Shown piece after piece: positions 55,917 to 64,000 of a DNA stretch of 64,000 nt. Position numbers and translations under genes: made by a program. Location of the stretch: the NCBI GenBank assembly GCA_002189035.1, contig CM007990.1, forward strand, positions 5,208,001 through 5,272,000, in the 5' to 3' direction. The notes beneath the pieces were generated by a model that saw only the letters and a program-made list of their open reading frames with translations, had not been told where the DNA came from and did not search any database. Source of the DNA: Utricularia gibba (taxonomy: Eukaryota; Plantae; Magnoliophyta). Numbering within the stretch: position 1 is the stretch's first letter; each line of letters begins with the position of its first letter.

Positions 55917-57232
55917 TCAAAACTTGTCCACGGCAATGCCATCCCTCTGAACCTCATAAGCATCTCTGTTTCTGGATTTCTTGACACCAACAGTGAAATT
56001 TATCTTCGACTTCTCCGATGAAATGCACGTCACTTTCACCCAAACGATGAATTTTGTTTTCATTCCCTCTATGTCGGCAAGCTTACCTTTCTCTAGATAA
56101 CCAGTCACGGACTCTGAGAAACGCAAAACAGAGGAGTCCTTGTAGCCCACTTCACAGACTGATGGTATATAAACAGTGAGCTTTCCAGTTTCCTCGTTGA
56201 ACTCATAGTTGGTTGCATCTCGAGGGAATATACCGATTGGCAAGTCGTATTCCTTCAGGAGCTCTGGCAGAGGTTTCTGCATTTTTCCTGAGAAAAAGCC
56301 ACGTATTTGAGAGCTTAGGCAGGTTACCGGATTAGATTTCACGTCATGGTTCTACTGTAAAATAGAAGGAACCAATACATGAAGACAAAGATACAGAATC
56401 TAATTTGTGTAAAGAAAAAGCACATAGCTTCACGCAGTTCACATGACCTGGATCGAACGAGGACCAAAGGAATCTAACGGCTACTTATATGCCACAAACA
56501 TCAGTGCCCCCATAAACCCATAGGGCAAATACCGACATCAATGCTATACTTTCTGAAGAACGAGTTTCAAGAAAAATTCAGGAGTGAGAGTGTGATTCTT
56601 TAAACTAAGCTGAAGCATTATCTCAGTTTAAATATACAAGAAGCACAGCCCTTGGTCGACAAACACAGCATAGAAAACACCAACATCCAATTGAATCATT
56701 TTCTATTGTAATTGATGCATTGGGAACCTTCAATAGATGAATGAGTGCTAACCATTTGAAAACCACGGACAAAACTGCAAAAAATTCAAGCAGGAAAAAC
56801 CAGAGGATACAGAAAGGAAAAAAAATCTAACCTTTTATCTTGTTAACCAGCCACTTGGCTCCTCCTTCGATGCTAGTTGACAGAGACTATATAAGGAAAT
56901 AGAAACAAGAAAGAAACAACAATTAGCTGAAATCTGCACTTATCGGTTACATCAACGACAAATTAGGGAAAACGTGAACGGGCACGAATTCAGGAACCCT
57001 GATTGCAATTCCTCCAAAACAAATCCGCCGATAACCAAATATTAATAGTCACCCCAGATCTCAACCACCCACCGGATTCTCAAATAGAAAAACCAGTTTC
57101 CGATTAAACGTAAATCAAAACATCAAACAAAAGACGAATCCTCACGCTTATGTCATCGCCAACGGAGTTGATTTCCTTGTTGGCCTTTTGACCCAACCAG
57201 TAAGAACCCACTTTGTTCAAAATCTGATCCAT
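55917..57232 (-). CDS. DUF538 family protein (3 exons)
   Basis: MDQILNKVGSYWLGQKANKEINSVGDDI|SLSTSIEGGAKWLVNKIK|GKMQKPLPELLKEYDLPIGIFPRDATNYEFNEETGKL...YEVQRDGIAVDKF*. Confidence 0.95.
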
Positions 57233-57700
57233 CTGCAGAGACTTTGCAAGGATTCCTCAGCAATTGCACCTTCTCGAACCCTCCTGCTCTCAGCCAACCG
57301 TAAGGAGAGGGTTTCCCAATTTCCCCTCTTGAGATTTCGTCGGGGACCGACGACTTGTTTTTTTATTATTATTTTCTTTAATTTAAAACTGAGGTGTTTT
57401 ATTTTTCTTTTTTATTTTTTATTATTTTTATTATTTTTAATGAAAATATCTATTTCATTTTACAAGTACAAGGTACAAGCTCATCCTATAACACTGTCTA
57501 AATTCCGTATGTTTTATTTTTATTTGATAAATAAAAAAAAGTTGTAATAACAATTCTTTTTGAAAAAGAAAATGGGGGCGGTGCCCCCACCCCCACTCAC
57601 TGAAATCATATGCCCCCCCTCCCTCCCCCTACACGACACTCCACGCCATTGATTTGATTTTGCCTCCCTGCAAAAAGCTCTACTGCCATTTCCATTTCCG

Positions 57701-59367
57701 ATGGAGCCGACGTCACCCACTGCCGCGGCGACCCCCACCACCCATCTCTTCACTCCGGCGATTCCCACAAAGAAAGGCTTCGTCGCCTCGCTCATGGACG
57801 CCACCACTTCCTTTCGGGCGCCTCCCTTCGCCGAAGACACGTACCTCATCTCCCATCTCAAATCTTCGGAAAGAAAAGCTCTTGAAGAGCTCAAAACCCA
57901 GCTAGTCGCTGTCCACGGCCAGTGTTTCATGTGGGGCATTCCGCTCCTGGAAGATGGAGACGAACGAGGTGACGTCGTTTTACTCAAATTCCTCCGGGCT
58001 AGGGATTTCAGAGTCCCCGAGGCCCTCACAATGCTGTTGAAATCCCTCCTATGGAGAAAGGAGTTCAAGGCCGACTCCATTTTGGGGGAAGATTTAGGAT
58101 TCAAGGAACTTGAAGGAATCGTAGCCTACATGCATGAATTCGACAGAGAAGGGCACCCTGTTTGCTACAATGCTTACGGGATTTTCAAAGATGCAGAAAT
58201 GTACGAGAGGTATTTTGGAGATGAAGAGAAATTGAACAGTTTCTTGCGATGGAGAGTTCAGGTTCTCGAGAAAGGACTCAAGCTTTTGGATTTTAAACCT
58301 GGAGGTGTCAACTCCATTATTCAGGTTACAGATCTTAATGACATGCCCAAGAGACAACTCAGAGCTGCTTCAAATCGGATTCTCTCTCTGTTTCAAGACA
58401 ACTACCCTGAATTTGTTGCTAGAAAGGTGTGCCCCGTTTCACAAAGTTCCGATCTTGCATCTGGGATTTCATTAATCTCTCGCTAATTCCCCATTACAGA
58501 TCTTCATCAATGTCCCTTGGTACTTCAGCTTGTTGTACTCGATGTTCGGTCCATTTCTCACTCACAGAACAAAGAGTAAGTTTGTGATAGCTAGAGAAGG
58601 AACCACTGCTGAAACTCTTTACAAGTAAGCTTTTTTTTTTCTTTTTTGAAGATGAAGTTATTGCATTTCCTCATCATAAATGCTGCTCTTCTTTTTTTCG
58701 TTTTTGCGAATGTTTTCATTACACATGGACAACCGTGTTGAATGCATCTGTGCTCAGATTCATCTCCCCGGAAAATGTTCCGGTTCAGTACGGTGGCTTG
58801 AGCCGGCCAGGGGATGTATTGGACGGACCTCCGGCGCCGGCGTCGGAGTTCTCCGTGAAAGGCGGAGAGAGGGTTAATATTCAAATTGAGGGCATCGAGG
58901 TCATTGCCCATTATCCCTCGTTCTTCCCTCCGTCAGTTTTTTTCTTCCTACAGTCGAGATTCTCGCTGCTGACACACGACGACTTATCCGTCGATCGCTG
59001 TCCCCCTGATTTGGTTTTTGTCCTGCTAAAAACCGATTCTTTTTTTTTTCCTGAAAGAAAATAGTTTTCGAATTTGCGGTTGGTGTAGGCGGGGGCGACG
59101 ATCATGTGGGATATCGTGGTATCCGGCTGGGAATTGGAGTACGGCGCCGAGTTCGTGCCGGCGGCGGAGGACGCCTACACGATATCAGTGGAGAAGGTGC
59201 GGCGGGTCGGCAGGAAGGAGGAGGCGATCCGCGCCTCCTACACCGCGAAGGATGCCGGGAAGCTGGTGCTGTCTGTGGACAACGGCGGCTCTCGCCGCAG
59301 AAAAGTCGCAGCCTACAGATACATGGTCCGCCGATCCCCGACGCCTCGCTGCATCAACAATGTATAA
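57701..59367 (+). CDS. PATL6: Patellin (Sec14/CRAL-TRIO plus GOLD domain), PATL6-like (4 exons)
   Basis: MWGIPLL, DVVLLKFLRARDF, GHPVCYNAYGIF, QDNYPEFVARKIFINVPWYF, VPVQYGGLSR, and a GOLD domain (WDIVVSGWELEYGAEFVP...GKLVLSVDN). Confidence 0.95.
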
Positions 59368-60583
59368 AGAGAAGCGCGCATCACTTGCTTTCACTCCATT
59401 CTTCTCCCCTTTACTTGAAACCATGGCTTTCTTCCCTATTATCAATCAAACTCATTATCGTTTTCAAGAAGTTGCTTATCCCAAGCAAAAGCAAGTATCC
59501 ATACTTCAAAAACGTAGCAGAAGAAGATGGCATGTGAGGAAGGTGGCGGTTGAGGAGTAAATGAATAAGGATGAGGATTCAGATTCAATGGTGGGGGTCA
59601 CCACTCACAAATCATTCATTGATTCACCCCATGCCACATGCTTTCATTTCTTCTTATTATTTCACCGCAGAGACCACACCCCACCCCTTTCCTTTCAACC
59701 GACGCCACCGGACCGACCGACTGACCGGTGGGTACACCACGTTCCTCCAATGGGGCGGGGCGCCCGGAGATGCGGTCCTGTGGGATCACGGTTGCGTGTC
59801 ACTTTCTCCCCTTGTCGGCTGAAATTTGGATTTCATTCATCTGATTACTGTACGGCGTGTACCACTATACCCTCAAACAAAACTAGGGTTCAGAAGACCA
59901 CGTTTCAGTTCATCTGAACCAAAATCTAACTTCAGATCATCTACATTTCTGGGGGGAGCATTGATCTCAGGATCTAAAGAGTTGGATCGACAAACCCGAC
60001 CCGATTCCGGAGCCGCGAACGAGGGGGCCGTTAGGGGAAGACTTTGGAGGACGAACGCCTCGCCGCTGTCTCGTGATTCCTAAACCGGAAAGTAAAAGCC
60101 ATCATCGTCCTTCATCGCAATTACCCAACAACATCTCTTTCCATTTTTGACCCAGTTTTTGAAATTTTTGTAAGAAAAAATAATGCCCCTTTCTTTTTTT
60201 AATTTCGAAATTAAAATATTTTCCTAATAATGGAAAATAATTTCTCTTTTGGAGCATTGGCTTTCGAAAAGTATGTGAACAGAATGGGTGGATCAACAGA
60301 GTGGCCCATTCCGTTATAACGGGCCAGGTGTTGGACCGGCGGCTACGGGTCGACCCGCTGTCCAAGCGGCCCAGATCCGTTTGATTTAATGCATTTAAAA
60401 TAAAATTTATATAAAAAAAGCATAATAAAAATAGAAGGTAAAATCAGTATCTTCCTTCCTTCCTCTGGAACCGGAAGGTGTAACGCACGTGAAATGTACG
60501 GAAAGGTAAATAATAATTACCATTTTAATCCTCCAATTTAGCGCTTAAGGTAAAAATCCATCCAAGATGAAGTATACTGCAGA

Positions 60584-60991
60584 GGGTTGTTTGGTAATTA
60601 GCCTTCTCAAAGGTTGGTTTAATAAATTAACATTTAACTCAGGTTAAATATCGTATTTAGTTTTCAAGATATGTTTGACAAACTGTAGTAGCATTATTTC
60701 TAGAAAATTATATTAATTAATCAAAAGACACTTTTACCCTCCCTCAGTTAAAAAAAACATGAACCAATTTTACATGAAATGGATGAATTGCTACAATTAA
60801 AGAAAAAAATTATCTTCACATAAAGAATCAATACTAAATATGTTTCACCTTATGATTTTATGATATATCATAATTCACGTTTTTCTTTTATAATATTATT
60901 CATTTTCAACATTCAATTTTATTAGATTATTAAATAAAATATTTTGTCGCAATTATAGTAGTTAAAGTCATCTCATATTACCAAACATCAA
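60584..60991. mobile_element. Degenerate Tourist-like MITE
   Basis: TGTTTGGTAAT (60588-60598) and its inverse ATTACCAAACA (60977-60987) flank an AT-rich interior. Outer TIR bases and TSD are not intact. Confidence 0.45.
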
Positions 60992-61532
60992 TAATTGTAA
61001 AAAAAAGTAATTAATATATTTTACTATTACTATGATTAGTAAATATAAAAGCAATTGGTGGTTGAGGGACAAGATTTGATAGGAGTTGAACCGGCGGTCT
61101 AATCACTTGGACTAATCCTCCCACATACTTCCAACTGCACCTCAAATAAATCAACTTGACTTCCCATTTTACACTATTCAATTTTAAACGAATGTCACTT
61201 CAATTTTATTTTATTAACAAAAAAAGAAGAGTATCCACATGAATGATTGGAGGGTGTGTGTGTGTTTACGGTAGGGTTTGGTGTTTCAGAAACCATTAAT
61301 GTGATGAGTGTATAGCAAGAAGAGGGCGGACAGTGGAGGAGGCCGCCGGCGGCGTGAAGGCGCACACCTAATGACCGGAAAACTGAGGATCCGAAAGGAT
61401 GAGTAATCCCTGCTTATGGTTAATCAGGCTGCATTAGGAAAGGCCTGGAGGTGATGGGGGTGACGGAAGAAGGAAGGATCTTTACCGGTGATTTGCAGGT
61501 GCTGATCTGGTGCGTTGGAATGGGAAAAGAAG

Positions 61533-61657
61533 GAGTGGTCTGGATGGGGAAGATGGGCACATGAAGGACTAACCCATGGTTGCGGTGATGCCGGGGAGAA
61601 GGCAGAAAAAGGGGTTAGTCGTGCACGTGCCCTGCTTCTCCATCTTGCACAGCACTC
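61533..61657 (-). ncRNA. MIR164: MIR164 precursor hairpin
   Basis: Mature TGGAGAAGCAGGGCACGTGCA at 61642-61622 and star CATGTGCCCATCTTCCCCATC at 61563-61543, forming a duplex with 2-nt 3' overhangs. Lower stem GAGTG/CACTC. Confidence 0.97.
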
Positions 61658-61750
61658 GTTCTCGCGCCTCGGCCGCCATTGCTGCAGTTGAGGAGGAAGA
61701 AGAAGAAGAAGAGAAGAAAACTATGACTACCATTACTTTCCCTTCCCACT

Positions 61751-61758
61751 TATTTATA
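61751..61758 (-). promoter_or_regulatory. TATA box of pri-miR164
   Basis: TATAAATA on the minus strand about 110 nt upstream of the mature miRNA. Confidence 0.65.
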
Positions 61759-63336
61759 ACAAGGTTACTTAACGCCACGCACCACTTCTCTCACTTTCTA
61801 TTTTCCAACACGTCTTTCATTTGTTTATATGTTCATTTTGCGAATGGGATGGGTTTGGGGAGGAAGAAAATGGGTTTGGGCTAGGGCTTATGACACCCAC
61901 CTAAACGCCTTCAAAAACTTGCCACTTAACGAGAATGGCCAGGGACAGAAATTCTCAACAGCTGGGAAATGAAGATCTTCTGTAACATAGCCTAGGAGGT
62001 TGAAGGCCTACTGAAAATTCAAAGTACAACCTGGTTTAATAGAATCAGTAGTAGCTTTTGAAAAAAAGGGAATTCAAGCTGTTGAAGTATGTTTCGCAAG
62101 AACGATCCAATTGGAGTAATGGAATTGGGAGTAGGTTATTCTGGAAAACTCTATGCATGATCATCGGAAGTGAAACCTTTTTTAAAGAAGTTATTTCGCT
62201 GCTCACAGCAGTCGATCTCGTTCTTAGACATGTTCCAGAGCAATGCTTTTTTGTTTTTCTGTAGGGTGGGAACTCTATCAATTGATAAGTCTGAAAGGTT
62301 ATACGTGATGGGAGGATTAGAGTATCCAAAAGATGGATGATCATCTATTCCTCTATAAGGTTGGAGGACAAGAACAACACAAAACCGTGGTGGCTGCCCT
62401 CCGGAAGAAAAAGCAGCATATTTTAAAAAGTCGACCGGAGCTGAGAAGGAGGACGGAGATGCCACCTGCGTGAGGGTTTACAGAAGCTCAAAATCGTGCA
62501 AGAAATCAACGATCTTTGATGTAACCTACCCAGTGTACAAAGTACCTTGCTGGATTCCAACCATCCATAATCATTTTTTATTTGCTTCTGTTTGACACTT
62601 CCCAAGAAGGCGTGGAGGTTAAAAGGCGAGGTGAATTAAGACAAAAGGTACAAGTACAGCGCTGGAGCATAAGGGGAGCATGTGGAGACGCGGGGAGTGT
62701 CGGTGTCGGGGACCCCGTCGACTCCCACCACTTACCATTCTCTTTCACTCGTACACCCATGGCTGCGCGAGTTTAAAGCAGAGTCCTTGTCCCCATGACA
62801 AGTCATACATCACCATTCATTCTTCGCTGCCCTATCTTCACCATACTTTCTTACATTAGCTATTACAGAAAGTTTACAAAAGAATGCCAACATACAATCT
62901 CAGAATCCAAAATCATATTAAGAACTCAGCATCGCTTCAGTTTTTCCAGATCCTTGTTCAGTTCAGGCCGATCGCTCCGCGCCATAACCAGCAGCTCGCC
63001 CTGCCTGCTGCAGCGTGACGAAGTTTGAAAAGGGTTGTGGTGTGGGCAGATTTCCCGAAATGGTGCAACGCAAATGTCAAACATTTTGAATGGTACATTG
63101 ATTAGAATCGGGAGGCGCCCACAATACCCTTCATGATTACATTATGGAAATTTGACATTTTAGAATACTCGGAGTCTGTGTATTTGTTCAAAACCTTGAG
63201 TACCATCAAACAAACAAACAAAATGAGCGTGATCTCATCTTCCTATTCCGAATTACAACACGTTGAAGTATGATCTCGACGATATTCGAACTACCATTCA
63301 AAAGCATTGATCTTACAATACCAAAATGACCATTTA

Positions 63337-63621
63337 GGGCACGTTTGGTGGGGGTGGTTAGGCTAGTTTTATCAGGTTGGGTTTAATATTATCCTTGTTT
63401 GGTAGAAGTGATTAGTTTAACATCAAGAGTAAATTAAACATCACTTTTTCTGGTTTTATAGGTTTAAATTCAACTCATCCCCCTCATGGGTTTAAAATAA
63501 ACAAGTCGCATTATAAACCCGGATTTAAATAAACACTACTACCAAATACGTTTTTATCTAAACCTGACATAAATTTAAACTTAATTTTAAACCTTAGTAA
63601 TTCTAACTACCAAATGTGCCC
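63337..63621. mobile_element. Tourist (PIF/Harbinger) MITE, 285 bp
   Basis: 13-bp TIRs GGGCACGTTTGGT / ACCAAATGTGCCC (1 mismatch), TTA target-site duplication on both sides, AT-rich non-coding interior. Confidence 0.92.
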
Positions 63622-64000
63622 TTAAGGAGTGACAAACACGGACAATAAACCTCAAAACTGTGCATGTACAAAGCTGGGCCTGGGAATTAGGCCTTCAATA
63701 TTCTGGACCTGCTGCATACCAGACATGGGCCACCTCAGACCCAATAAGGCCCGTAACGCCCCCATTCCACATGTATACTATATAACCCACGTGAACCAAA
63801 ACACTCACGCCACGGGGCCCTGCAACTACTACAACGTGGGAGCCCGTTGGGCCCAACAGCGTCAACGCGGCCCAATGTCCTAGCATCCGTACGGTTTTCA
63901 CGCCCACCATATCTAACACTACCTTCCAAATTCCAATCTCCATTGAAACAACGACTAAAAAAACAAAAACAATTACAGAACATGACCTGCGCCTCGTGCA

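Noticed and set aside
59948-59970. TCTGGGGGGAGCATTGATCT resembling miR393
   Set aside because: Only 9 nt match and there is no fold-back partner.

Overview
Gene-dense, transposon-poor nuclear DNA from a flowering plant (probably a eudicot; species not determinable from sequence alone). It has short GT-AG introns and AT-rich intergenic spacers. I can support 20 protein-coding genes: LKR/SDH (partial), PrxQ, a SUPERMAN-like C2H2-EAR ZFP, PRA1.A, SIS-like, an At2g39870-like protein, DUF3527, BSK, a RING-CH ligase, an R2R3-MYB, an O-fucosyltransferase-family protein, RPL35a, HAKAI, a reticulon, CPL2, LMBR1-like, MIF/tautomerase, a Nudix CoAse, DUF538 and patellin PATL6. Non-coding features are tRNA-Ala(UGC), a MIR164 hairpin, a plastid trnK/group II intron fragment (NUPT) inside an LKR/SDH intron, and at least one intact Tourist MITE. 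The most striking pattern is six 1-bp frameshifts in four otherwise intact conserved genes (PrxQ, DUF3527 x3, RPL35a, HAKAI). Each is repaired by adding one C to a C-run, which most likely reflects systematic assembly error rather than pseudogenisation. I found no convincing wholly novel multi-gene system. The best leads are the NUPT in the LKR-SDH linker, the tRNA-PrxQ tandem, the intron separating the zinc finger from its EAR motif, the miPEP164 candidate and a few unassigned gene-like islands. Family names come from recalled motifs, not database searches.
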